A DNA stretch of 63,990 bases, filler included, from Octopus bimaculoides (taxonomy: Eukaryota): assembly GCF_001194135.2 (NCBI RefSeq). It is 5 parts of 5 records of this genome, joined end to end, with 100 filler letters (N's around TTAATTAATTAA, not from the genome) between each part and the next. Parts side by side here need not be neighbours in the genome. Positions count along the whole stretch, not along the records: positions 1 to 18,911 come from NC_069003.1; positions 19,012 to 35,704 come from NC_068990.1; 3 more parts are not named here. The stretch is one strand, 5' to 3'. Numbering within the stretch: the first letter of the stretch is position 1; each line of letters begins with the position of its first letter. Shown piece by piece: positions 12,905 through 25,519 of this stretch. The translations under genes and the position numbers were made by a program. A model generated the notes under the pieces. The model made no database searches. It was not told the DNA's origin and saw nothing but the letters and a program-made list of their open reading frames with translations.

Positions 12905-14149
12905 ATCAATCCTTTCTTTTCTTTCCATTGTTCTCCCAAATTTCTCATCCTCTCTCAAAGTCTCTGCCTTTCACCCTCTCCACGTCTTTCATACCTTTAC
13001 TTTCCTCTCACCATCACCCTCACATATTCCTTTCTCTCTTTCTCGTCTCTCTCTCTCTTTCTCGTCTCTCTCTCTCTTTCTCGTCTCTCTCTCTCTTTCT
13101 CGTCTCTCTCTCTCTNNNNNNNNNNNNNNNNNNNNNNNNNNNNNNNNNNNNNNNNNNNNNNNNNNNNNNNNNNNNNNNNNNNNNNNNNNNNNNNNNNNNN
13201 NNNNNNNNNNNNNNNNNNNNNNNNNNNNNNNNNNNNNNNNNNNNNNNNNNNNNNNNNNNNNNNNNNNNNNNNNNNNNNNNNNNNNNNNNNNNNNNNNNNN
13301 NNNNNNNNNNNNNNNNNNNNNNNNNNNNNNNNNNNNNNNNNNNNNNNNNNNNNNNNNNNNNNNNNNNNNNNNNNNNNNNNNNNNNNNNNNNNNNNNNNNN
13401 NNNNNNNNNNNNNNNNNNNNNNNNNNNNNNNNNNNNNNNNNNNNNNNNNNNNNNNNNNNNNNNNNNNNNNNNNNNNNNNNNNNNNNNNNNNNNNNNNNNN
13501 NNNNNNNNNNNNNNNNNNNNNNNNNNNNNNNNNNNNNNNNNNNNNNNNNNNNNNNNNNNNNCCTGTCATCTCTCTTCCGTTGCATCTCTTCCCATAGAAA
13601 CCATTGAAAGTTAATACAACACACACACACACACACACACACATTTATACATAGCAAACACACTCGCAGACATGCTTTTATTCATATACACACAATGACA
13701 ACATGCACACATACACTCACGTACATACGTACACGAGCGTACATACGTGCTCATGCATAGGAGAATGACAACATACACTCACACACGCTTACATGCATAC
13801 ATACACAGGAACAATACTTACACAAACGCATTCATACACACACACATACGCAGTGACAACGTAGACATGCATACACACTCGTACACACACACACACACAC
13901 ACACACGCACTCATATCCACTGTGTAATTATCGAAGTTTCCCGCCAAACAACAAAGACTAAAAGACATTACATCCGTTATCTTTGAAATAAATATTGTCA
14001 TCGCGTACAGTCTGTCTGTCTTTGTGTCCGTCTGTGAGTCTGAGAGAGAGAGAGAGGGGGGAGAGAGCGAGAGAGAGAGAGAAAGTGAGAAAGAGACTGT
14101 CTTTCTAATCTATCTGCATGAATGTATCAGTTTCTGTGTCTGCTTGTCT

Positions 14150-14207
<58 letters not shown>

Positions 14208-14464
14208 GTCTGTCTGTCTGTCTGTCTATCCATCTAGTTACGTAGCTCTCACAGTCTCTGTCTCCCTTCTAACACCCACCAGTGGGGCAAATGGTAAGTT
14301 CCCACAGGTTTATGTTTGAGGAATATACGCATCTCAGCGGGACTCCAAGACTACACGACACACAGTGTAATGCTGTAACGACATTTGCCAAAACGATGAA
14401 ATTAGAGCAGAAATTAAGTATCTGAAAATTTAATTCCACGCCCCAAATTATATTTGACAACATT

Positions 14465-14587
<123 letters not shown>

Positions 14588-15011
14588 ACGTAGCTATACA
14601 TATTTCACAAATATGTAGACATTTTTTATTCATTAGTCATTGATAAACACGTACACATATTTGACACTCACAACACATACACACATAAATCAGTTATATT
14701 TTCTATCTTAAAACCATCTCGGCGAGACACCTCTCATGTAATTTCAACTATTGTTTATTATAATTCATATGTGATTATAATAAAAATGATTAATTGTATG
14801 ACTAATTAATTATTGATAACTATGTTATAATATAACTTACTGTTTTTATTAATAATTATGTTATTGTACACGTTCATTATTGTTGTTGGAACAGGTGTAG
14901 AAGTTTTAAATAAAGTTTTAAAATATCAATATTATTTGCTTTTCTAATATATGTATGTATGTAAGTGGACGTGTGTATGTGTGTGTATGTATGTATGTAT
15001 CTTTCTAACAA

Positions 15012-15049
<38 letters not shown>

Positions 15050-15798
15050 NNNNNNNNNNNNNNNNNNNNNNNNNNNNNNNNNNNNNNNNNNNNNNNNNNN
15101 NNNNNNNNNNNNNNNNNNNNNNNNNNNNNNNNNNNNNNNNNNNNNNNNNNNNNNNNNNNNNNNNNNNNNNNNNNNNNNNNNNNNNNNNNNNNNNNNNNNN
15201 NNNNNNNNNNNNNNNNNNNNNNNNNNNNNNNNNNNNNNNNNNNNNNNNNNNNNNNNNNNNNNNNNNNNNNNNNNNNNNNNNNNNNNNNNNNNNNNNNNNN
15301 NNNNNNNNNNNNNNNNNNNNNNNNNNNNNNNNNNNNNNNNNNNNNNNNNNNNNNNNNNNNNNNNNNNNNNNNNNNNNNNNNNNNNNNNNNNNNNNNNNNN
15401 NNNNNNNNNNNNNNNNNNNNNNNNNNNNNNNNNNNNNNNNNNNNNNNNNNNNNNNNNNNNNNNNNNNNNNNNNNNNNNNNNNNNNNNNNNNNNNNNNNNN
15501 NNNNNNNNNNNNNNNNNNNNNNNNNNNNNNNNNNNNNNNNNNNNNNNNNNNNNNNNNNNNNNNNNNNNNNNNNNNNNNNNNNNNNNNNNNNNNNNNNNNN
15601 NNNNNNNNNNNNNNNNNNNNNNNNNNNNNNNNNNNNNNNNNNNNNNNATATATATATATTTATATATACATACATACATACATATATATATATATATAAT
15701 ATTAATAATAATGGTAAGACAACAAAAGAATGAAGGAGACCTCGATATTATGTAAATAGAGGAATTTATCTGTAATATAATATGTGACAATTATTCGG

Positions 15799-15873
15799 TT
15801 GCCATAATAAGACACCGAGTTTCGGATGTCGGGACGGAAAACTGCTCCGGCATCTCGTCAGTTATCGAGGCAA
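15799..15873 (-). ncRNA. Type I hammerhead ribozyme motif HH3
   Basis: Minus strand: TTGCC tcg ATAA CTGACGA GATG ccggagcagttttccgtcccga CATC c GAAA C tcggt GTC TTAT tat GGCAA. Bipartite stem I, stem II GATG/CATC with one extra C, GUC triplet. Confidence 0.75.
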
Positions 15874-16809
15874 TCAAAGAATGCTATGAAAATGACTGTT
15901 AAACAAAGGGAAATTACTATGTGTTTGACCGTTATTAAGACAAAAGAGCTATTAGAATGACCGTTAAATCAGGGGAAAAAACCGAAGAGGAGAAAGTAAA
16001 AGAGTAAGGAAGTAAAAATGCTCATAGAAATCGCGTAAGCACAAATGTACATACATACACATGCGCGCACGCACACCCACGTACATGTGCCTATAAGCGA
16101 GTGTGAGTGAGCATATGCATATAGGCATATGTACGTGAGATTGCAAAGCATGTTTCTCATGTACAGCATAAAATCAATTGATATTGGAGTATGCGTTACA
16201 CTACCTTCAAATTCCATCCTGAAGGTAGGCCTATTTTTTAAAATGTTCATTGCATTGCTCGTGTGTCTATTTATCATAGAATTGGTGGGTTTTTTTAAGC
16301 TTTCACATTCATTGTTAGCAAGCGGTTTCTTTACCCTTCTTTTCTTCAAATATTTCATATTATACCTGTTTAAGTAGAAGTCTTGTTAGCCATCTCATTA
16401 TTACTGTTTTTAACATATTTACTTNNNNNNNNNNNNNNNNNNNNNNNNNNNNNNNNNNNNNNNNNNNNNNNNNNNNNNNNNNNNNNNNNNNNNNNNNNNN
16501 NNNNNNNNNNNNNNNNNNNNNNNNNNNNNNNNNNNNNNNNNNNNNNNNNNNNNNNNNNNNNNNNNNNNNNNNNNNNNNNNNNNNNNNNNNNNNNNNNNNN
16601 NNNNNNNNNNNNNNNNNNNNNNNNNNNNNNNNNNNNNNNNNNNNNNNNNNNNNNNNNNNNNNNNNNNNNNNNNNNNNNNNNNNNNNNNNTTATGTAGTAA
16701 TCATAAAATATTTCGGCGGTAAATCCTCCTTTTCAAATACAAGAAACAAAATACTCGAAGAGTTCGGAGAAATTTGTTGTTATCAGTCTATTAACTAAGT
16801 AAAACTGAT

Positions 16810-17310
16810 CTATCTCCTGGAAGACGAAGCTCCGCATCTACAATGCATCGGGCCTCTCCATTCTTCTCTATGAAGCATTAACGTGACCCCTCTTGAAGAT
16901 CTTCGCAAAGAGGATCGACAGATTTGATAGAAGAGCCCTAAGGACCATTGAGAACATCAGATGGTACCATCACATTTCAAATAAAGAACTACATGCGCGT
17001 ACGCATCAGCCCGCAACCTCCCATGTCATCGCCAGCCGTTGCATGCGCTCATACCGACATGTCCTCCGACTTCCACTAGGTCACACCATTAGACATTTAC
17101 CCTAATTCGGTATATCAGCTGCAGGCTTGAAGAGGCCTCGTGGCAGGCCCCGCATCAGATGGCTGGATGTCACCTTGGATGATGTTCTGGCACGGGACTG
17201 CCAGCAATGGAAAATATTGGTGGACATGGTTGGCCCTACACATGATGACATCTCTGAGACCACTAACCTGGGATGACCCCAGCCCCATCAAACAAGAGTA
17301 TGAGACATGA
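16810..17310 (+). mobile_element. RTE-clade LINE 3' fragment
   Basis: KTKLRIYNAS..SILLY, RALRTIENIRWYHHISNKEL and KRPRGRPRIRWLD are typical of the RTE C-terminal region. Confidence 0.85.
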
Positions 17311-17661
17311 AGCAGTTGTATTTGAAAAGGAGGATTTATCCCGAAATATTATACGATTGTTAAACAACTAAAGTAAGGCAATACAATGTCATTATATTCG
17401 TTTTAATTCATTGACATCGCCTTATATATTTTGATTAACTCATCACCCTCATAATCACGCATACACGCGCGCGTCTCCGTGTATGTATGCCATGTTAAAT
17501 CTTCGAACTGGTAAATCCTTAACCTCACCTCGATATGACAACGAAGGACAACACGAAGCAGAAGTAGGTAAGCCGTGTTTGAGCAGAATTTTTTTCGATG
17601 TTATGGATCTAGAGTATCTCATATAGTATTTCCCCTCTCTCAAACATACACATACATATAT

Positions 17662-17694
<33 letters not shown>

Positions 17695-18955
17695 CATGTA
17701 CAAACATAGCAGATATACTTACAGCACAAAGAAATAAACATACACGCATATGTACATTTACACACTCATATATGCACATATACACAAGTGTATGCTCATG
17801 CATACGCACCCGAGAACGCACACACTCATGTATATATGCCTATATATACGTACAAATACATATGCACATGTATACACATCTGCATAGAAATCCTCATAAA
17901 ACAACCTCGAGACACACACACACACACACATATATATATGCAAACACATTTAACGTGTTCATATATATGCATGTTATGTACGTGTGTGTGTGCGTGTGTG
18001 TGTNNNNNNNNNNNNNNNNNNNNNNNNNNNNNNNNNNNNNNNNNNNNNNNNNNNNNNNNNNNNNNNNNNNNNNNNNNNNNNNNNNNNNNNNNNNNNNNNN
18101 NNNNNNNNNNNNNNNNNNNNNNNNNNNNNNNNNNNNNNNNNNNNNNNNNNNNNNNNNNNNNNNNNNNNNNNNNNNNNNNNNNNNNNNNNNNNNNNNNNNN
18201 NNNNNNNNNNNNNNNNNNNNNNNNNNNNNNNNNNNNNNNNNNNNNNNNNNNNNNNNNNNNNNNNNNNNNNNNNNNNNNNNNNNNNNNNNNNNNNNNNNNN
18301 NNNNNNNNNNNNNNNNNNNNNNNNNNNNNNNNNNNNNNNNNNNNNNNNNNNNNNNNNNNNNNNNNNNNNNNNNNNNNNNNNNNNNNNNNNNNNNNNNNNN
18401 NNNNNNNNNNNNNNNNNNNNNNNNNNNNNNNNNNNNNNNNNNNNNNNNNNNNNNNNNNNNNNNNNNNNNNNNNNNNNNNNNNNNNNNNNNNNNNNNNNNN
18501 NNNNNNNNNNNNNNNNNNNNNNNNNNNNNNNNNNNNNNNNNNNNNNNNNNNNNNNNNNNNNNNNNNGGCGGCAACTGAACAGAAACGACTCCTTCTGTAT
18601 TTCTATTTTGTTGTCTGACGTTTTGTGGTGAGAATGGTGGTGATAGTGGTGATGGTGGTGGTGGTGGTAGTGGTGGTGGTGGTAGTAGTGGTGGTGGGCT
18701 TTGGCGTGACGTGTGTTATCATGGTGAGTATATTTCATGTTAGAGAGGCGTCATTAATCACCATTGGTCGGCTCGAATTAAGTGGTGACGACTTTACTTT
18801 TCATACACACACACACGTACATGCATACACACGGACACATGTGTATGCATGCACACTAACACACATACATTGACACGTATACATATATGCACATACACCT
18901 AAAGGTCTATANNNNNNNNNNNNNNNNNNNNNNNNNNNNNNNNNNNNNNNNNNNN

Positions 18956-18967
18956 TTAATTAATTAA
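18956..18967. other. Artificial scaffold-join spacer TTAATTAATTAA (also 35749-35760, 55766-55777, 62924-62935)
   Basis: Identical 12-mer flanked by exactly 44 N on each side (100 bp total); gives stops in all six frames. Confidence 0.95.
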
Positions 18968-19014
18968 NNNNNNNNNNNNNNNNNNNNNNNNNNNNNNNNN
19001 NNNNNNNNNNNAAG

Positions 19015-19690
19015 GTAAAAATACGATTTCATACAATAAAACTCTTAAATAACACAGTTCTTCTGCCTTTGGTGTAACAACATGACACGACCAAGTGTTT
19101 CTTCTTTCGAAACGTTCAAATAGCCTTCAACTTTTTTCCTCGCTTTTATCTTTGCTATTTTTTGTTACTACTGCTCCAAGTGAAATACTTGGGTGCCTCA
19201 GGGTAAAGTAATGTTTTTGCAAAGTCATTATTGATGCACAATAAAAAGAATTCTGTCAATGTTGTTCTCATATGTCGTTCATTGACAACCATATGTATCC
19301 TCATCATTTCTGAACAATATTCTTTGCTCATCTGGTAGATGAACTCGCAGTCTCACTATTGCAAGTGCTCTTTCATGAATTGATGCAACTGCTTCAGATG
19401 GTATAATATACCTACTCATTAGATATTCACTAATTTTGTTATCATTGTTTATTTGAACAGCAGCATGGTCATTTCCTTTCGGCGTCTATTTAATGATGTA
19501 CTTAATTTACCTCACTGAAGCAACGATTTCAAGGTTGCAGTGGCATTTGAATGTTCTTGAAAGAATTTCATTATAAGGTACAACCTATTTGTTGTTTTTG
19601 TTTCCATTCTTATGAGATTCAACTCTTACCATTACAACTGATCTTTGTCTATAAAGAGACAGTCTCTCTGTTTTTCTGCATTTTGATTAA
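19015..19690 (-). mobile_element. Helitron Rep/Helicase fragment (decayed)
   Basis: Minus strand translates VVPYNEILSRTFKCHCNLEIVASVR*IKYIIK, DHAAVQ...ISEYLMSRYIIPSEA...IHER...RLRVHLPDEQ, FAKTLLYPEAPKYFTW and TLGRV...CYLRVLL, collinear with the conserved Helitron Rep region; stops and frameshifts present. Confidence 0.88.
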
Positions 19691-20031
19691 GATGATAAAG
19701 ATCAATATTTTATTTTAAATAGAACAGTAATTTTCTTCTTTAAGAAAAAAAAATAAAATCAAGTACCCGTGATTCAAAAAATATCTCATAAAAATATAGG
19801 GAGAATTCTTCGTTCAGTTCACGGCACTCAAAAATTGTATAAATGTTTAAAAGAAGAAAAAAGAAAGTAAGAAAAACAAAAAAGGACGGACGGTGGTAGC
19901 TCCAATGACTTTCTGAAGTGTCGACATTTTCAACTTGACTATTTTTCTTAAAGTAGGAAAGGACTATTTTACTTGTAATCTTTATCATCTTATTCAAATG
20001 GCAGGAAAACAGACAAACTTTGAGTTTTAAC

Positions 20032-20070
<39 letters not shown>

Positions 20071-20522
20071 ACAAACACACACATGCACACACGCATATAC
20101 ACTCACCCACCCGCCCACACACACGTATGTAAGTATGTGTGTGCGCGCATAAAATGAATAGCTTCCTGGATTCTAAGCTAGGACTCGAAACCGAATCTAC
20201 GTTTTTCTAAAGTTCCTTTCCTATTGTTCTCGACTTCTGCACTTAGAAATCTATGAGTATCAACTGTCATACTTAGTTAAGTTCTAACGGTTATGTTACC
20301 TTCTTAGGTTAAACAGGGTTCGGGCAGGTAATAGAAGGAAAACCCTTTGTCTAGTCTGACATAATTTAATTATTAAAAATTATAAATACGGAACCCACTA
20401 TCAGTTTTATCTCTTTGGCCAGTTGGCGCCTAGCCGAAGAGCATCTATCCCCCTCCTCCTCCTCCTTCTCCTCCTCTTCGTCGTCACCATCTAAAACCTT
20501 GATAAAAGGAACAACAACAATC

Positions 20523-20775
20523 GAAGGAGTAGTTGTATACTGTCAACTTAATGTGGCAGTCCCCTCAAGGGAATAATACTACTGCTATTTAGCCCTAGGA
20601 AGCAGCACCGCTTCCTATCGGCCTTGACACATTTCCTGTGTCCTTATGTTTACAAGGACACAAAAAAATGTGTCAAGGCCGACAGGAAGCGGTGCAACTT
20701 CCTAGGTTTAATCAACAGTAGTATTATTCCCTTCAGGGGACTGTCACATTAAGTTGACAGTATACAACTACTTCG
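20523..20775. mobile_element. About 250 bp fold-back element
   Basis: Arms AGTAGTTGTATACTGTCAACTTAATGTG...GGCCTTGACACATTT...GTGTCCTT pair almost throughout around a short central loop. Confidence 0.85.
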
Positions 20776-21239
20776 TCGTATCACTACTGCATAAATCTCT
20801 CTGAGAGATTTAGAAATTTATTATTTCTAAACGATCAAAGGATCAGCAACTGCAACAGAGCCGTCCTATAATAGCAAGAAGAGTAACAACAACATTAGTG
20901 GAAACTTTTTATGTGAAGCTAACAAAGATTGGTAATAACATTTTAGTTTCACTGCTGCCACGTGTGTTATATTAACCAATCAAAAAATTTAACAAGAGAC
21001 TAGTAGTGTCTATGAATAACTGTTTTCTGTTTTGGAGGTGGGGAAGTTATTTAAACAACACACAGTTTGTTTTTGGCTTAATTCACTCGATACAAGGCAA
21101 GCCTAACTGCTGATCTTTGCAGATTCTTCAAACGGACGGCAGGAAGCAACAACGGACATCAGTGCGGAAACAAAGTTTGCTTAGAGGCTGCAAACACAGG
21201 GCCAAGGTTGATTTTTTTTAATGTTAATATTCTTTTCTT

Positions 21240-22115
21240 ACTCTAGGCACAAAGCCCGAAATTTTGGGAGAGGGGACCAGTCGATTAGATCGACCCCAGT
21301 ACGCAACTGGTACCTAATCTGTCGAGCCTGAAAGAATGAAAGGCAATGTCGACCTCGGCGGAATTTGAACTCAGAACATAAAGACAGACGAAATACCGCT
21401 AAACATTTCGTCCGGCGTGCTAACGTTTCTTATTTCTTTACTGCCCACAAAGGGGCTACACACAGAGGGGACAAACAAGGACAGACAAACGGATTAAGTC
21501 GATTATATCGATCCCGATGCGTAACTGGTACTTATTTAATCGACCCTGAAAGAATGAAAGGCAAAGTCGACCTCAGCGGAATTTGAACTCAGAACTTAAC
21601 GGCAGACGAAATACCGCTAAGCATTTCCCCCGGTGTGCTAACGTTTCTGCCAGCTCGCCGTCTTTTTGAATGTTAATATTAAAACAAACGCAGGTATAAT
21701 AATAATAATTATTATATTTGTACATAATGTGGCGAGCTGGCAGAATCGTAAGTATGCCGGGCAAAATGCATAGCGGCATTTCGCCCGTCTTTACGTTCTG
21801 AGTTCGAATTCTGCCGAAGTTGACTCTGCCTTTCATCCTTTCGGGGTCGATAAATTAAGTACCAGTTGAGAACTGGAGTCGATGTAATCAACTTACTACC
21901 TTCCCCGAAATGACTGGTCTTACGCTAACATTTGAAACCATTAGGTGGCGAGGTGGTACTATCGTTAGCGCCGGACAAAATGCTTAGCGGCATTCCGTCC
22001 GTCTTTACGTTCTGAGTTTAAATTCTGCCGAGGTTGACTTTGCTATCATCCTTTCGAGGTTGATTAAATAAGTACCAGTTGAGAACTGCGGTCGGCATAA
22101 CAGATTAGCTCTCTT
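21240..22115. mobile_element. Cluster of four tRNA-derived SINEs, family A (two minus copies then two plus copies)
   Basis: Head GGCGAGCTGGCAGAATCG..AG (A box), GAGTTC.AATTC (B box), body CTTTCATCCTTTCGGGGTCGAT. Other copies at about 1478-1592, 2545-2693, 5207-5415, 28945-29145, 30060-30240, 30955-31115, 39084-39465. Confidence 0.9.
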
Positions 22116-23355
22116 TCCCCAAAACACGTATGCTATCTACGTTTATCTTTGTTACTGTTAAATATCTGCTTCTTAGAGACTCTTACCTTACAGACACAAA
22201 CATATGTATGGTACATTTTCTATTACATATTACTGAATTTACTTTCTAAAACAAACAAAATATACGTATATATTTCCACATTAGATTATTCAATCAATTT
22301 TGTAAAAGACGAAAATAATGTACTCTCATTTCTAAACACATGTTAACTTTGTCATGATAAAAATCTATACAATCTCGCTGAACTTTAGCCTATTTTTTCT
22401 CTACATTCACAAACTACGAGCAATGTAATTATTATTGAATTATTCTACCAAGAAGATTAGAAGACGGCATTTTCTGTCATCTAGGATATGAAAGGGAAAC
22501 ATATATATCAATTCCTTCTTGTTATTATCACTACAAGCAATTCTTTATTTTCATTCTGGTTTAAATCTTAAATCTTTCCCTCGCATTTCCTTTCTCTTTC
22601 TCACAATCTCTCCTGTCTCTCAAAACCTATCCTACCTCTCTGTTTCTCACTATCTTTCTTGTCTTTTCTTGTCTCTCACCTCTCGAGCATGGAGACGAAG
22701 AAAATATTTTGAAAAATCTCTCGGTATATCTCTGTACGTTAAGAAATAAAGATATGCTGTAAAAATAAAAATAAAAAAAAAAACTGTTCGTTAAGCAGAT
22801 TTCTTTAATTTCTACGCCTGGACATAGATATGAATAGTTCTTAACAACTACGTAAGAAGACGCAATATCTAAAGCAAATCAAAGATAACTAATCAATTAT
22901 ACCGAAATTTTGAGCAGAAGACAACATTTCCCAGACAGTTGTTTGTTGGTAAATTGCAACAGAACGAATGACACTTGTCGTAATCAGATTTTAGTGAGGA
23001 AGAAATGAGAGTATAAAAAAGAGAGAGAAAAAAAAAAGAAATATCAAACAAAACAAAAAAAAACAACATATAGCTATTTTTGATGACATTAGTATAACGG
23101 AGAAATATATAAAATACAAAGAAAATGAAGAAATCTGATGAAATCAAAACAAGTTCCATGAGTCGTAATGATATCGATTGGTGATAATCTGAAAAGTGTT
23201 CACTCTTTTATCAATAAGGAAAATACATTAACCAACTATTTTCTTTTGGTTCTAAATTCGGAGAGTATCATAATTGAATATAAACATATGTGTGTGTGTG
23301 TGTGTATTTATATGTATGTTGTGCAATACACACACATACATATAAGATTAACATG

Positions 23356-24035
23356 AACAGCAGTTTACAATGTTTCACCAAAAGGAGAATTACAAATGTC
23401 ACTAAATGCGACCAGGATGTTAGACAACACCTACATAGCTAGAAATAAGAGCTAAAACGCTCTAATGCTGTACATGAATGAGAACATATACACTAACAGG
23501 GACCATAATCGTCTGAAAAGTGCTGATCGAGAATTCTTAATACAGACACGTCAATTTCGGTAATTTCCGTCGCCTCATCAGTTAACCCAGCTTGACTTCT
23601 GTTCTTGAATTTTTTATGACGATTAAAAAAAAATCATATATGCTACAGGACAATACAGGACACAACATTACACACAAAATGTCAAATGAGTTCGTCCAAA
23701 AATTCTATGATTTTATATAATTCGCTGACTTTGGATATTCTTTGTTATAAAATGAATCAATTTTTGGCTTCTGCTCTTTCCGGACTCATTTCACCATTAG
23801 TATTTATGTTTTTGTCATCCAAATAATTGGATGATTTGGCGATTCGCTAATGGATACATATAAAATTAATATAAACAGCAGTTTGCAATGTTTCACTAGA
23901 AGGGAGAATTACAAATGCCACTAAATGCGACCAGGGTGTTAGGCAATATCTACATTGCTAGAAATAAGAGCTAAAACGCTCTAATGCTGTAGTTAACGCA
24001 CATGAATGAGAACATATGCACTAACAGGAACCATA
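23356..24035. repeat. About 150 bp diverged direct repeats (23356-23507 and 23874-24035)
   Basis: AACAGCAGTTT.CAATGTTTCAC...CACTAACAGG.ACCATA repeated 518 bp apart; the degenerate hammerhead sits just after the first copy. Confidence 0.85.
23537..23585 (-). ncRNA. Degenerate hammerhead motif
   Basis: Minus strand: TTAA CTGATGA GG cgacggaaatta CC GAAA t tgacgtgtct GTA TTAA; core intact, stems II and III eroded. Confidence 0.4.
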
Positions 24036-25201
24036 TATATATATATATATATATATATAANNNNNNNNNNNNNNNNNNNNNNNNNNNNNNNNNNNNNNNN
24101 NNNNNNNNNNNNNNNNNNNNNNNNNNNNNNNNNNNNNNNNNNNNNNNNNNNNNNNNNNNNNNNNNNNNNNNNNNNNNNNNNNNNNNNNNNNNNNNNNNNN
24201 NNNNNNNNNNNNNNNNNNNNNNNNNNNNNNNNNNNNNNNNNNNNNNNNNNNNNNNNNNNNNNNNNNNAGGAAAACAGACGAGCCACTTATGGAACTTTTC
24301 CTTCATCATCTGCCTCTATTCTAAACTAGGCGTTTCGAAGATGAGGCAGAACGCGCTCTTAGAATAGCTCTTCCCGCGAAGTGGATTAACCTGCTAAGCG
24401 GAGGGTTCCAAAGTAGCAAACAAAAAATATATGTATAAATATTATATATATATATATATATATATATGCATATATACACAGATACATGTACATGCCTACA
24501 TGTATATATGTATATATACATGCATATATGGGTACAGGACGTCAAAAAAAAAATGACGTGAACAAAATGCGAAACGAGAACATAAAAAAAACCAAAGCAT
24601 GGAAAACGAACTTTTTTCTGAACAACGAAAGAAACAAATAGAGGAACGAGACATGCAGCATAAAGAACATTTCCTTCGTCAGTTGTTCTCTGTTTTATCT
24701 ATTCCGCGTTTCGAAGGTAGGGATATATATACATACACACATGCATTCCTGGTGTTTAAATGTTTCAGTACCAGGAATGTGGTCATGCTGGGCACCGCTT
24801 TCGACAGGTTCTACCCTAGTATATTGACTCCTCCCACATAAGTTCTTTGTGTGCTGCTTATTTTATCAACTTTGTAAGGGAAGAAAGTGATGTGGACAGA
24901 AGGTTAAAGGGATGTAACTAGACTGGAACTAAAGATCAAATGATATTTTTGTTCGCTGTATCCATCGCCTTTCACATCGACAAACACACACACACACATG
25001 CGTATGTATGTATGTATGTATGTATGTATCCAACTGAATAAGTCCTGGGGTCGATTTGCTAGACTAAAGGCGGTGCTCCATCATGGCCGCAGTCAAATGA
25101 CTGAAATAAGTAAAAGTAAAAACGAATATCATATCATGATACTGAAAGAACAGAACAATTACAAAGACATTATGAAATATCTAAGCAGTAAATCTTGAAC
25201 G

Positions 25202-25519
25202 TGAAGGCGCATGGCCCAGTGGTTAGAGCGTCGAGCTTACGATCATGAGGTTGTGAGTTCGATTCCTGAACCAGGCTGCGTGTTGTGTTCTTGAGCAAGA
25301 CACTTTATTTCACGTTGCTCCAGTTAACTCAGCTGTAGAAATAAGTTGCGACATCACAGGTGCCAAGCTGTATCGGCCCCTTTGCCTTTCTCTTGGATAA
25401 CATCGGTGGCGTGGAGAGGGGAAGCCGGTATGCATGGGCGACTGCTGGCCTTCCATAAACAACCTTGCCCGGACTTGTGCCTGGGAGGGTAACTTTCTAG
25501 GTGCAATCCCATGGTCATT
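25202..25519 (+). mobile_element. tRNA-headed SINE with CORE-like central domain (second copy about 36645-36990)
   Basis: A box TGGCCCAGTGGTTAGAG, B box GAGTTCGATTCC, then TGTGTTCTTGAGCAAGACACTTTATTTCACGTTGCTCCAG..ACTCAGCTGTAG resembling the CORE domain; about 300 bp shared with the 36.7 kb copy. Confidence 0.8.

Noticed and set aside
14269-14427. Possible exon after TTTTCAG on the minus strand
   Set aside because: The frame compatible with the 17529 segment hits a stop with no convincing donor; not CIB-like.
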